The notes beneath the pieces were generated by a model. It was not told the DNA's origin, ran no database searches, and saw only the letters and a program-made list of their open reading frames with translations. Positions 23,875 through 37,725 of a DNA stretch of 64,000 nucleotides are shown here, in pieces; position 1 is the first letter of the stretch, and the number at the start of each line of letters is the position of its first letter. The position numbers and the translations under genes were made by a program. The stretch comes from Scyliorhinus canicula (Eukaryota), in NCBI RefSeq assembly GCF_902713615.1, contig NW_024055493.1, forward strand, positions 62,001 through 126,000, in the 5' to 3' direction.

Positions 23875-26594
23875 TGGTAACCCTTCCAGCATTAGCTCGC
23901 AAATTCCAGCAACGCATTTACTGGGGCTGGTTTAGCACAGCGGGCTAAATAGCTGGCTTGTCATGTAAATCAAGGCAGCAGCGCGGGTTCCCGTACCGGC
24001 CTCCCCGAACAAGCGCCGGAATGTGGCGACTCGGGGCTTTTCACAGTAACTTCATTGAAGCATGCTTGGGACAATTAGCGGTCGTTATTATTGAGACAGA
24101 GCACCAATTAATTCAAACAGTAACATGAACTGGCTTTGTATCAGAAAGGGTTCAGTGAAGTAACAATTGAGTCATTAAAGATTTTTATACTAGCAGAGAT
24201 ATTCCGTGCTGTCGTAACTGGCAGAATGTTAAGTGCAATATAAAGAGGGCTTTGGTTTAGGATATTAACTGGAATTGAGCAGAGAACAGAAACAACGGAG
24301 ACCTACTGTCATTTCACCAAAAAGATGACTTAGTGTAATACAAAGAGACCGGGTCTAGTTTAATAGGAGATACAGAGTCCATTGCAGTAATAATTGAGGC
24401 AATCACTGCTTTACCTAATGTCAGCATTCACCGTTTCACTGCCACCCACTGGACAAATATTGCTATTGCAGATGCTGTGAAAATGCTGACATTAGTTGTT
24501 CTTTCTGATTTATATTTATTATTTCATGGGATGTGGACCTCACTGCCAAGGCCAGAATTTGTGGACCATCTTTAATCCCATTAACAGTTTGGTTTAGTCA
24601 GCCAATTCAGAGATCAATAAATGGTGCATGATGTTACTGTGGGCCTGGAGTTACGTGTCGCCTCGAGCACCTAAGGGTAGGAAGGACATGAGCAAATCGA
24701 ATGTGTTTTTACGACAACAGGTTCAAGGCCAACATTACTGAAGCTAATGTTTAATTCCAAGTCATATTTGCATTTTGAAATCACACAGTCTGTTGTCGTG
24801 AGGATAAGAACAGATGGCCTTAGAGCATTAGCTTGTGCCTCTGAATTCCTAGCCCAGTGACACTGCCACTCCGCCACTCCACCCGTTTGAAGCATAACCA
24901 TAGAATGATTGCCGCACAGATGAAGGCCATTCAACCAGTCGCGTATCCGCTGACCTTCTGACGGAGTAGTTCATCCAAAACATTCTTTTCCCCGTAGTCC
25001 AGCATTTATCTCATTTTCAGATAATTGTCTAATTCCGCTCTGGACGCATCAATTGACTCTGCCTTCACCACACTCTCCAATAGTCTATTCAAGATCTGAA
25101 CCACACAATACGAGAATTGTTTTCCTCCTTATGACTCCATTCTTATTTTCCCAATGACTTTCAATCTGTGCCCTCTGGTATTCTATCCTTCCACCGATGA
25201 GAACAGTTCTGCCCTATCTACTCTGCCCTGACCCCCCGTGTTTTGTAGTGTCGCTATCACATCAGCTCCCAACCTTCTCGTCAAGGACAACAGTCCTAAC
25301 TTCTGCAATCTATAGCTGGAACGGTGCTCGGCTCTGGAACCATCCTTCTGAATATTTCTAAATCCACCCTAAAGACTATACATTTTCCTTAATTTTGTTG
25401 CCCAAAACGGGACGCAATACTTCAGTTGAGGCCGAACCAGTTTTTTTGTAGGTTTAACTTCGCCCTCTGTATCTGTACTAGCTCGTCGTTTTTGCAGGAG
25501 GACCCAAAACTGAAATTGTCACTCATTGCAGATTAACGTGCCTGACCTGTGCATCTTATGATCAGCAAAAGAGAAGAGATTCTCAATTACTATGAACTTA
25601 TTTTGCTGATCTTATTTGGACAGAGGATTGTGGTTCCATGGAAACGATACATTGAAACGCCACGATTTGTGCACTGATGTCACCCAATTACCTAAGCCTG
25701 ACATGAATTTAATCAACCTTAAGATATCGATTGGTAATTACTTTTGTTTGAAACTGAATGAAATATTTGTCGTGCTCCAACTTTTTTTCACACTATTTCT
25801 GGTTCCACATTATCCCTTGTTAACGTGTTACCTTCACTATTTCCTCCCCAATGTCTCCCAATATCCTTGGGTATAGTCTAGTCCAAAAATAATTGAAAAT
25901 GGCTTAACATAATATAAACCGCATTATAATCCCGAATAATGTTAATGAACAATTGGACAGCATCTAATCCATTGTCAAGTGTGAGAACGGACAGGAAGGC
26001 AGAGAAAGGCCACGGAAAGTCAAACTGGACGGTAAGATAACTTGAGATGCAACTGGGCAGTTCTATTCATTACCAAAAAGAGAGGTATGTTGCTGAAGGT
26101 TTTCTTTTGCACTCATTAGGGCAAATCCAAGATTGACGAATTTCAAACAATCACAGCAGCATCTACTGCAGGAGGAAAGGGTGTTGGTTGGTTGACAAGT
26201 CCACAATGATTAACCAACGATTTGCCATTGGAAAGCAATGGGGAACTCTTTGCTCACCAGGTTCTCGGATAATTAAAACAAATCTGCAACGTTTTCCTGC
26301 AGAACTTCTCATTATCAGTGAACTAACTTCCTCACTTATGAAACATTACGGAAACGATCACTGGTGACCATCGATTTTGCGGGAAGCTACATTGAGACAG
26401 CGTCAGTCATTACTGTTCCTGCAATATGATTCGGCGGTGGGAATACACTGCCTGCTGCGCCACTTGGTGGTCACCTTTATTGAATCTTCATTTTTATTAC
26501 GACACGTACTCAGCAATACTTTGCTCACGGACGCTCAGGTTTTGCTCTGCCAGGGTCACTCAGCTCCTGACCTCAAATATAGACTAAAGAGCTG

Positions 26595-27745
26595 AATGCC
26601 AGTGGTGAGGGTGACTGCCCTTGACATCAAGTCAGTACTCGACCGAGAGTGGCATCAAGGAGCCCTAGCTAAACTGGAGTCAATGGGAATCAGAGGCCGC
26701 ACTCTCCGCTTACTGGAGTGATATCTGACACCAAGGAAGATGTTTGTAGTGGTTGAAGTTCAATAATCGCGGTTCCAGGACATCACTGCAGGAGTTCTTC
26801 AGGGTTGTGTCCTGGGTCCAACCATCTTCAGCTTTTTCATCAATGACCTCACTTCCATCATAAGGTCAGAAGTGCGGATGACTGTGCAATGTTCAGCACT
26901 ATTCGTGACTCCTCAGACAATGAAGGAATCCATGTCCAAACGCAGCACAACCCGGAGAATATCCAGATCAGGGCGGACAAGTGGCCAGTTATATTCGTCC
27001 CACACAAGTGTCAGGCAACAACCATTTCCTACAAGACAGGAACTAACCACTGCCTCTTGACGTTCAATGGCATTGCCATCGCTGAATCCCCCACAATCAA
27101 CATCCTTGGGTCACAATTGATCAGAAACTGAACTGGACCGGCCATATTAATACGGTGGATAGCAGGGCAGGTCAAAGGCTAGGAATCCTATGGCGAGTAA
27201 CTCACTTCCTGAACCCCCAAACGTGTCCACCATCTACAAGACAAAAGTCACGAGTGTAATGGAATACTCTCCACTTGCCTGGATGAGTGCATCTCCAACA
27301 ACACTCAGGAAACTTGACACCGTCCAGGACAAAGCAGTAAGCTTGATTGGCACCCCTTCCACAAAGATTCAAACCTTCCACCACCGCCGAACAGTGGAAG
27401 CCATGCGTACCATCTTCGAGATGCACTGCAGAAATTCAGCAGGTTTCCTTAAAAAGCACCTTCCAAACCTACAAAAGCTATCATATAGAAGGACAAGAGC
27501 TGCAGATACCTGTGAACACCACCACTTGGAGGTTCCCTCCAAGTCACTCACCACTATGACTTGGAAATATATCACCGTTCCTTCACTGTTGCAGAGACAA
27601 AATCCTGGAACTCCCTCCAAACAGCACAGTGGGAGGACCTACACCTCAAGGACTGCAGCGTTCAAGAAGCCAACTCATCATCACTCTCTGAAGGGCAACT
27701 AGGGATGCGCAATTAATGCCAGCCTAACCAGCGGTGCCCACATCC
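26595..27745 (+). mobile_element. Degenerate non-LTR retrotransposon RT remnant (L2/CR1 clade)
   Basis: Fragments resembling ALDIK.AFD.VWH, GVLQGCVLGPTIF and D..WQVIFVPHKCQ; frameshifts and stops. Confidence 0.7.
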
Positions 27746-30314
27746 CGTAAATTAATTGAAGCAAATGTGTAAAGTTTGCTTTTGGTTATGGAATCGAAGG
27801 GTTTGGTATTATGGGGAATGCTTTCGGCCTTTTTCTCGGTAGGCCCAGTATACAGCAGTTATGTAGTTTGCATTGGCTGCACATTATCGACTCATCTCGC
27901 CAGCTACACCAGAGAATCATAGCATCACTGCAGGAGGCCATTTGGCCCATCGAGTCTGCAAAGATGCTTCGAAAGAGCACCCCACATAAGTTCACTCCGC
28001 CACCCATCTCAGTCACACCAACTACCCTTTGGATATGAAGGGACAATTTAGAATGGCCAATCCACCCAACCTGCATATTTTTGGAGAGTGGGAGGAAACC
28101 GGAGCACCTGGAGGAAACCCACGGGGAGAACATGTAAACTCCACACAGTCACCCAAAGTCGCAATCGAATCCGGGTCCCTAGCGCTGTGAAACAACAGTT
28201 CTAACCTCTGTGCCACCGTTCCCTCCCTACCTACCAACACCTTCAATATGACCTCCTGTGTTTAGTCTGCAAAGGTACACTAGGATACTTTCAGTGTTTC
28301 TAAAATATGCGATTGATCAAGGCATCACCTGGCTCTCAATTTCTCATTTCGGCTCATATTTGTTTTAAATCTGTCTCTAAGGGAGAGACGGATGGGGCGG
28401 GGGATGAGGTAAAATATGAGACTCAAGAATATGCATTGAGGGGAAGGTCGTGAGACGTGAATTAAGATTAGAATCCACCGTCTTTTTGGTTTACGGTTAA
28501 GGGTTTTTCAGAGAATTTTCCAAACAACGACTATTTCAAAAGCTGGGTAAGAGTCAACAATATCGGCGTGGTTAGAAGGACCGGTAAGGCCGTAGATTTC
28601 TTGCCCGAAATTCCATTTTTGAACCAGTTAGTATTTTATGACAATGCAAGTGTCATGTCGCCACCAGAACTAGTTTAATTCCAAATATGTACTTGAGGAT
28701 CAAAATTTAAATTCCCCAACTGTCCTGATCGGAATCCAAATCATGTTTTCCAATTATAAATCCAGTTCTCTCGGATTACCAGTCTGATACCTTTACCACA
28801 GTCTTATCAAACCCGGACCTGCTTCAGTTAACACAGACACGATGTGGCGATGTGTGATCTTTGCCTGGTCGATCATTGAATTGTCAAATAACTGAATGAT
28901 GTTGCTGCATAAATATTCCTCATTGTTCTTCTTGTTCCAATTGTAATATTCTTTAAAGCAGATGAACATATACACAAACCGAATGTCAGCTTCAGTTTGA
29001 ATCGTGGTGATTGTCTTTACTCATTTTTAATATCGCAGACAAGCCAGTTAAATTATGATCATTTTAAAGATTATAAAACCACAGAGAATACAAAAAACGA
29101 GTTTTAAATGTCCACACAACAAAAATATGTAAATTTGACTCCAGATTTAGACCTATCCTATATGCTGTGGGATTCAGCTGTAGCTACTCCGATTTTAAAC
29201 TTGCATCTCATCTGTGGTTATTATATTTAATCTAAGATGACTTCTAATAATTGAACACTTTGTTTGGAGAACTCCTTGAGTGGTAGACTGGAGGCAGTTG
29301 GGCTTTGTAGAATTTAAACGTTGTGGAACACGGTACAAGGGTACAGGGAGATAATACGTGATAGAGAAGAAGAGAGACAGAGAAGGTGGAGACCTAGAGA
29401 TTCAGTGAGACGGGAGGACAGAAATAGAAAGAAAGAGCGGGAGAGAGCCATCGAGACGAAGACAGAGCCCGGGACTGGGAGACAGGCAGGGATACAGTCA
29501 GGTCAAGTCCTTATTAAAGGAAAGATACATTATCATTGGATACAGTACAGAGGTGGTTTACCTGGATGATCTTGGGTATGGAGGAACTGTCATATGAGGA
29601 AAGATTAAACAAGACTGTACTCCGTGGAGTTCAGAAGAATGAGAGGCGATATTATTGAAACAAGAAGGTTCTGAGGGGGTTAGACAGGATACATGTTGGA
29701 AGAATGTTTCCACTCATGAGAGAGTGTAGGAGCAGAGGGCATATTCACAGAATCAGGGGATTCCCATTTAAGACGGGATTGAGGAAGAATTTCTTGTCTC
29801 AAAGAGTGGTGAATCTTTGGAATTATTTACCCCAGGAAGCTGCCGAGCCCAAGTCCCTGAACATTTTCAAAGCTGAGATCGATAGGTTTTTAATCAGTAG
29901 GTGAACTAAGGTTTACAGAGAGAAGGTGGGAAAGTGGATTTAATGAATGTTGGCTCAGCCATGATCTTATAAAATGGCGCAGCAGGCTTGACAGTCTGAA
30001 TGGCCGACCCCTGTTCCTATTCTTATGATCTCATTATCTTTAACGGTGAGTGGTGTCCAAATGTTAGGTGTGTGAAACCAGAAAATACTGACCCTGTGAA
30101 ATGCTTCTGAATTTTCAACACAGTGTCAGGAAAACCTCGCTCTGGTATGGGTTTCCTGTCACGCCATACTGAAAATCACGTTTTACTCTGAACCAGACAT
30201 TATGCAACCTCTGTGTTCCTTTCAAATAATAGTTGTATTGCCTGCCAGTTGTTTTAATGGCCACAGGACGTATTGCTAACCAGATAATTGTAAAGTTCTG
30301 TAATTTGTTCCAAG

Positions 30315-30640
30315 AGCCAATAGCAAAGTTGAAGTTTCTCAAGATCTCTGCAAATTCACGGTTGTGGAAGGACAGCATCTGTTACTGACCCGCAGTTCCT
30401 CGGCAGCGGCTGCTCAAGCTCTGTTCTTGTACATCCAATAACGCCGGGAAGTTGTGAGATATTAGTTGAAGATTCAGAACACGTGGACAGTAGATCAGTC
30501 TGTTGACGTTTCAGGCAGGTTTTCTGTTGTTTTGCACATTTAAATATCAGCCCTGTTCTTATCTCCAACTCGGGCGTGTATTTCTGCGCCACGTGAACCG
30601 CGCACTCCTGGAACGATACGCTACATCCCGTACACACCCA
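30315..30640 (+). pseudogene. TCR-type V-segment pseudogene with a degenerate RSS
   Basis: One frame reads VEVSQD..FTVVEGQHLLLTR(Cys23->Arg)SSS...LFL(Trp41->Leu)YIQ*...DVSGRFSVV. After a frameshift it ends NSGVYFCAT*. It is followed by cactcct, 22 nt, then acacaccca (30603-30640). Not shown in the ORF track. Confidence 0.7.
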
Positions 30641-30921
30641 CACAGAGAGCTCCAGTTAGTGCTCAACAGAGGAACCTTTCACCCGATAAACACAAACAGT
30701 AATTCTGCCATTAGAGTGAGAGTCACAGAACGTTTTAATAGAGTCAAGCCAGGGAGCCGGGTTCGATTCCCGGTTTGGGTCACTGTCTGTGCATAGTCTG
30801 CACGTTCTCCCCGCGTGTGTGTGGGTTCCTCCGGGTGCTCCGGTTTCCTCCCATAAGCCCTGAAAGACGTGCTGTAGCCCACTTGTGACACGAATAAAGA
30901 TTATTATTAAAAGAAAAACGC

Positions 30922-33900
30922 TAGTCTGGGAGGCCCTGAAAGCAGTGATCAGAGGAGAGCTGATCTCCATAAGGGCACACAGAGAAAGGAAGGAGAGGCA
31001 GGAGAGGGAGAGACTGGTGGGGGAACTTATAGAAGTGGACAGGAGATATGCGGAGACACCAGAGGAGGGGCTGTTGAGGGAGCGGCGCAGTTTACAGGCC
31101 CAGTTTGACCTACTGACCACTAGGAAGGCGGAGACGCAATGGAGAAGGGCACAGGGTGCGGTCTATGAGTATGGGGAAAAGGCGAGCAGGATGCTAGCAC
31201 ACCAGCTGCGCAAGCGAGATGCAGCCAGAGAGATTGGGGGGGTGAGAGAGAAGGGAGGGAACGTAGTGCAGAAGGGGCAAGAGGTGAACGGGGTCTTCAG
31301 GGATTTCTACAGGGAATTGTACCGGTCTGAGCCGCCCAGGAGGAGGGGGGGAATGGAGAACTTCCTCGATAGATTGAGGTTCCCAAAGGTCCAGGAGGAA
31401 CGGGTGGAGGGGCTGGGGGCGCCGATAGAGCTGCAGGAACTAGTTAAAGGGATAGGCCAGATGCAGGCGGGGAAGGCGCCGGGGCCGGATGGGTTCCCGG
31501 TGGAATTTTATAAGAAGTACGTGGACTTGGTGGGTCCAGTGCTGGTGCGAGCCTTCAATGAGGCGCGAGAGGGGGGGGCTCTGCCCCCGACAATGTCACA
31601 GGCCCTGATCTCCTTGATCCTGAAGCGGGACAAAGACCCTGTACAGTGCGGGTCCTACAGGCCTATCTCCCTCTTGAATGTAGATGCCAAACTGTTGGCA
31701 AAGGTCCTGGCAACCAGAATAGAGGATTGTGTGCCAGGGGTAATCCATGAGGACCAGACGGGTTTCGTAAAGGGACGACAACTTAATACAAATATCCGGA
31801 GGCTGTTGAATGTAATTATGATGCCAGCAGTGGAGGGGGAGGCTGAGATAGTGGTAGCACTGGATGCGGAGAAGGCATTCGATAGGGTGGAGTGGGAATA
31901 CCTGTGGGAGACGCTGGAACGGTTTGGGTTTGGGGAGGGATTTATCAAGTGGGTGAAGCTGCTGTATTCGGCCCCGATGGCGAGTGTGGTTACAAACGGG
32001 AGGAGGTCGGAGTATTTTGGGCTCCATCGAGGTACCAGGCAGGGATGCCCCCTATCCCCCTTACTATTTGCATTAGCGATCGAACCGTTGGCGATGGCAC
32101 TGAGGGGTTCAGGGGGTTGGAGAGGACTGACAAGGGGAGGGGAGGAGCATCGGGTATCACTCTATGCGGATGATTTGTTGTTGTATGTGGCGGATCCGGA
32201 AGGGGGAATGCCGGAGGTAATGGAAATACTAGCGGAGTTTGGGGACTTTTCGGGATATAAATTAAATGTGGGTAAAAGTGAGGTCTTTGTGATACACCCG
32301 GGAGATCAGGGGGAGGGAATTGGGCGGCTCCCCTTTAAGAGAGCAGTAAAGAGCTTCAGGTACTTGGGGGTGCAGGTGGCAAGGAACTGGGGGACCCTCC
32401 ACAAGCTGAACTTTTCAAGGCTGGTGGAGCAGATGGAGGAGGAGTTCAAGAGGTGGGACATGGTACCGCTGTCGCTAGCAGGGAGGGTGCAGTCAGTCAA
32501 AATGACGGTCCTCCCGAGGTTCTTGTTTCTGTTCCAGTGCTTGCCCATCTTCCTCCCCAGGGCCTTCTTCAAGAAGGTAACTAGCAGCATTATGGGCTAT
32601 GTGTGGGCGCATGGCACCCCTAGAGTGAGAAGGATTTTCTTGGAACGGAGTAGGGACAGTGGAGGATTAGCGCTACCCAATCTCTCCGGATACTACTGGG
32701 CGGCGAACGCATCGATGGTGCGCAAGTGGGTGATGGAGGGGGAGGGGGCAGCTTGGAAACGTATGGAGAGGGCGTCCTGCGGCAATACAAGCCTGGGGGC
32801 GCTAGTAACGGCACCATGGCCGCTCCCCCCCACAAGGTATACCACGAGTCCGGTAGTGGCGGCCACCCTTAAAATCTGGGGGCAGTGGAGGCGACACAGG
32901 GGGGAAGTGGGGGGTCTGATGGCGGCGCCACTGAGGGGGAACCACAGATTTGTCCCGGGGAACACTGGCGGGGGATTCCAGAGCTGGCACAGGGCGGGCA
33001 TCAGGCAACTGAGGGACATGTTCATAGAGGGGAGGTTTGCGAGCCTGGGAGAGCTGGAGGAGAAATTTGAGCTCCCCCCGGGGAACACGTTTAGATACCT
33101 GCAGGTGAAGGCATTTGTCAGACGACAGGTGGAAGGATTCCCCTTGCTTCCCGATGGAGGGGCGAGTGATAGGGTGCTGTCAGGGGCCTGGGTCGGAGAA
33201 GGGAAGGTCTCGGACATCTACAAAATAATGCAGGAGGTGGAGGAGGTACCGATAGAGGAGCTGAAAGACAAGTGGGAAGCGGAGCTGGGAGAGCAGATAG
33301 AAGATGGGACATGGGCGGATGCCCTAGAGAGGGTCAATTCGTCGTCGTCGTGCGCAAGGTTGGGCCTCATCCAATTTAAAGTGCTGCACAGAGCCCATAT
33401 GACGGGGACTAGGATGAGTCGGTTCTTCGGGGGGGAGGACAGGTGTGTTAGGTGTCCGGGAAGCCCTGCGAACCATGTACATATGTTCTGGATGTGTCCG
33501 GCACTGGAAGAGTTCTGGGAGGGGGTGGCGGGGACGGTATCGAGAGTGGTGGGAACCAGGGTCAAACCAGGGTGGGGGCTAGCGATTTTTGGGGTTGGGG
33601 TGGAGCCAGGAGTACAGGAGGCAAGGGAGGCCGGAATATTGGCCTTTGCGTCCTTGGTAGCTCGGAGAAGGATCTTGATTCAGTGGAGGGACACAAGGCC
33701 ACCAAGTGTTAACACCTGGTTAAACGACATGGCAAGCTTCATCCAACTGGAAAGAATCAAATTCGCCCTGAGAGGGTCGGTACAGGGGTTCTTCCGGCGG
33801 TGGCAGCCCTTCCTTGACTTTCTGGATCAGAGATAGGAACTGGAGGCCGAAACAGCAGCAACCCGGGGAGAAAAGGGGGGGGGGGGGAAGGGAGGGGGGG

Positions 33901-34160
33901 GGGGATAGCAACGAAGGGAGCACGTCAGCGGGGGGTCGCGGGCAATGATTGCCCGAGGCCATCGGCAGAAAGGGAGAAACGGTTTGGTTGCTAGACTGAT
34001 AGCGCGGGGGGGGGGGGGGGGGGGGGGGGTGGGGGGGGTGCGCGCGGGGGGGGCGGGGGGAGGTTTTTTCAGGGGGGACTTGTGGTGTTATAATTTAAAT
34101 TGTTATAGGGGTAAATGTTTGTATCGAAAAATTTCAATAAAAATTATTTAAAAAAAAAAA
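30922..34160 (+). mobile_element. Young 5'-truncated L1-clade LINE (ORF2 linker, RT and C-terminal Cys domain in one open frame)
   Basis: About 970 uninterrupted codons to 33836 with KAPGPDGF, YRPISLLN, LDAEKAFD, GTRQGCPLSP, YADD and C-x2-C...H...C. G-rich 3' UTR, aataaa and polyA. TSD aaaagaaaaacgc on both sides, at a TT/AAAA site in a SINE tail. No endonuclease or ORF1; the track's GTG start lies outside the element. Confidence 0.95.
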
Positions 34161-35329
34161 AAGAAAAACGCAACAAGAACGGGTGAGATTCAGTTGTCGA
34201 ATTACATTTGTTTATTTTACTTCGCATCTATACATAATATGATCTTTCCAAATTGATTTATGTCAGCTTTATTAAAATTCTGTCGTTTTATGTTATTTCT
34301 TTGCTTTTCTGAATGATTGTGCAGCACCTACCCCATTGTTCTATCAATTTATCATTACCTTTGGTCACCACAAGTAGACAGAGTTTATTTGTTCAGAATA
34401 ACAATTATAAGATGATCAGGGGAATAGATAGAGTAGACAGTCAGAGACTTTTTCCCTGGGTGGAACACACCATTACAAGGGGACATAAAATTAAGATAAA
34501 TGGTGGAAGATATAGGGGGGATGTCAGAGGTAGGTTCTTTACCCAGAGAGTAGTGGGGGCATGGAATGCACTGCCTGTGGAAGTAGTTGAGTCAGAAACG
34601 TTAGGGACCTTCAAGCGGCTATTGGATAGGTACATGGATTAGGGTAGAATAATGGAGTGTAGATTAATTTCTTCTTAAGGGCAGCACGGTAGCATTGTGG
34701 ATAGCACAATTGCTTCACAGCTCCAGGGTCCCAAGTTCGATTTCGACTTGGGTCACTGTCTGTGTGGAGTCTGCACATCCTCCCCGTGTGTGCGTGGGTT
34801 TCCTCCGCGTGCTCTGGTTTCCTCCCACAGTCCAAAGATGTGCAGGTTGGGTGGATTGGCCATGATAAATTGCCCTTAGTGTCCAAAATTTTATGATTAA
34901 CCTAGGATAAAAGTTTGGCACAACATCGTGGGCCTAAGTGCCTGTTGTGTGCTGCATTTCTCTCTCACTCTCAACGGGTTCAGAGATTATTTAAACAAGA
35001 TGAATCAATTACACAAGATAATGATTGGAGCCTTTAAACAAATCATGGGGATATTTGTGATAAAGCAGTTCGGAGGAGGATGGAATTTTACTGGGAAGGA
35101 AATACTGAGAAGTGTTATATTGAGGACTAGAGTGAACTTGTTCCCCGTGATACTTCCGAGTCTATAACTCCACGGTGCAATAAATCCTCTGTAGGAGCAG
35201 ACAGCCCATCACGAGGTTTTTCATCCTCCAAGGTGTTGAGAATGCTCGCGTTTCTCCGTCCAGATATTATACAGAGAGATCTCTGTGATCAGCAGCCGGA
35301 AGAAAGGTAACGGTTCATTTTGAGGATCA

Positions 35330-37725
35330 GCAAACCCATTTATGCTGAACCTAATGAGGTGGAGCCCAAAGACATTCCTTCCTAACCTGCATCACGGAAG
35401 CCTTAGAGAACAGCAAAAGGGAGAGCCTGGATATTCTGCGAAATCTGGATGAGATGACGAAGGCCCTCGAGTCCTTCCCGAAGATTAAAACTCCAGAAGC
35501 GATGGTTTATCGGCTGAGACGTATTCAGCTCTGTGGGACTGATCGGCCCAGAACTGTTTGAAGTGCACGGTAGTTTGCTGGCCGAGAGCATGCCAAATCC
35601 ATGCGGAAAGGCATCATGACCCTTATCGACAAGCGGAAGGGGCGATGGGAAAAAAATAGAAATTAGCACTCCATTGCACTGTTAAATGTGGATGGTAAAA
35701 TTATATCAAAGGTCATTACCAATCGAGTGGTCTGCTCTGGAGTCGGTGATCCACCCTGGGCAGACCTGCTCTGTACCCGGCAAGAATATCTCTGACAGTC
35801 TCATGTTACTCAGGGATACGATCGCCTATGTGCTGAGCAAGGGTGTGGATACCTGCCTCATCAGCCAGGACCAAGAAAAGGCCTTTGACAGAATATAGCA
35901 CACCTACATGATAGATGTGATCTCCAAAATGTGCTTTCAGGACAAAATGCGCAATTGGATTCAAATGCACTGCACAAGCATCAGTAACGCGGTTTTAACC
36001 ATTGCATGGTGATCAGAAAGCTTTCCAATTAAATATGGAAACAGGCAGGGCGGCCCTCGCTTTCCCGTCCTATTTGTGCATTGTGTAGAACCCTTTGCTA
36101 GTCCATCAGGCACGAATTCCGGAATAAGCAGATTGATGATCCGAGTTCATCAGTGCATCATTAAGCAGTGGATGTTCTCAAGTCAAAACCTCTCTGTACA
36201 CAGATGATGTCGCCATCCTGTGCTCGAATCCACTGTCAGTTCACAGACTGAGCAACATATGCGATCAGTTCGAACTGGTCTAGGGTTCCAAGGTAAATTG
36301 TGGCAAGAGCGAGGCCATATTCTTTGGGAACTGGGCAGACCGATCTTATTTCCGTTTACTGTCAGGTCAGATGGGCTGAAATGCTGAGGATATGGATCGG
36401 AGGGATCAGGGTATGCGTTCAAACTGAAAGGAGGGAGCAGGAATGATGAACCAAAACCTGGGTATGGGGGAGCGATGCTCCCTCTCCATTCCGGATAAGA
36501 ACATGTTCATCAGATGCAAGGAGCTCTCGGTGTTGCTGTACGTGGCGCAGGTTTGGTCTATTCCTCATTCCTGTCCTGTTGGCGGGTTCCAAAGACGTAT
36601 TCCACTTCACCTAGGGGTCAGAAGTGGAGCGAGTTCGCAGGCAACAATGCGCAAACCTCTTGCTAAAGGGAGCAAAACCTTGCCCAACACCATGCTAATC
36701 CTGACGGCCACCTTTAAGTGTGGCTGAATCAAACTGGACATCAATTCTCGTCTGCACTTAAGGTCCTACAGGCTCTTGGGGAAAAGGAGATGATTGAACC
36801 TGTCGGCTGCTTTCCAAAGCAGACTGTCAAGGTTATTTCGAAGAATGCCTCATGGCGAGAACTTTCAAACAAGTACCAAGACCTATCTTGGCTGGTGGTG
36901 AGAAAGGACCTCTCCGGTAGATCCTTCCTAAATGTTCGGAGTCTCATCCCATGTGCACGTTGCCCTCTGGATGACTATGACGTCAGAGTTCGTTGCCTAC
37001 ATTTTGTGGAATGTCCCTTTGCAAAGAAGGTTTGGAGTGAGATGAAGTGGTTTAGTCAAGCTTCACCCCGAGCAGATCCATGATGCAGGACTCTGCTCTC
37101 CGGTTCATTCCCAGTGACACACACCAAGACAAACGTCACTTGTTGCCGGAGGACCATTAACCCCGTGAAAGAAAAGTGGGCAGCACGGTAGCACAAGTGG
37201 ATAGCATTGTGGCTTCACAGCGGCAATGCCCCAGGTTCGATTCCCCGCTGGGTCACTGCCTTTGCGGAGTCTGCACATTCTCCCCGTGTCGGCGTGGATT
37301 ACCTCCGGATGCTCCGGTTTCCTCCCACAGTCCAAAGACGTGCAGCCATGATAAATTTCCCTTCGTGACCAAAAAGGTTAGGAGGGGTTATTGGGTATCT
37401 GGGGATAGGGTGGATGTGAGGGCTTAAGTGGGTCAGTGGAGACTCGATGGACCGAATGGTCTCCTTCTGCACTGTATGTTCTGTAAGACGTTCTTTTGTT
37501 GACCCAAATCTTGTTGGTTTTAGAGCGCGAAGAGTTGTCCCCGACCGAGTGTTGCAGACCGTCACATTCCAAGGACCAGGACTATGTGCTGAGGGATGCA
37601 CTAAAGCTTGAGGCAGCTCCCGATAGGCGAAATGGAGGAATGTCGCTGTCCACAACCTTTTAGCTACAGTGAACCAAGGGGCTGGGATTTCAATAGATCT
37701 CCCTCGGGCTGTAAGGCTCACAGTG
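35330..37725 (+). mobile_element. Decayed Tx1-like (L1 superfamily) LINE, interrupted by a SINE at 37176-37490
   Basis: Fragments ALLNVDGKII, VIHPGQTCSVPGKNISDSLMLLRD, DQEKAFDRI and HFVECPFAKKVW; many stops. Confidence 0.75.

Noticed and set aside
29321-29569. Arg/Glu-rich 82-aa ORF
   Set aside because: It is a translation of a GA-rich low-complexity tract.
30119-30125. Isolated cacagtg heptamers (also ~1268, ~18461, ~27625)
   Set aside because: There is no nonamer at 12 or 23 nt and no adjacent V, D or J coding sequence. Some lie inside SINE or LINE copies.
31596-33565. Minus-strand ORFs within the L1
   Set aside because: They are antisense shadows of a G-rich ORF2.
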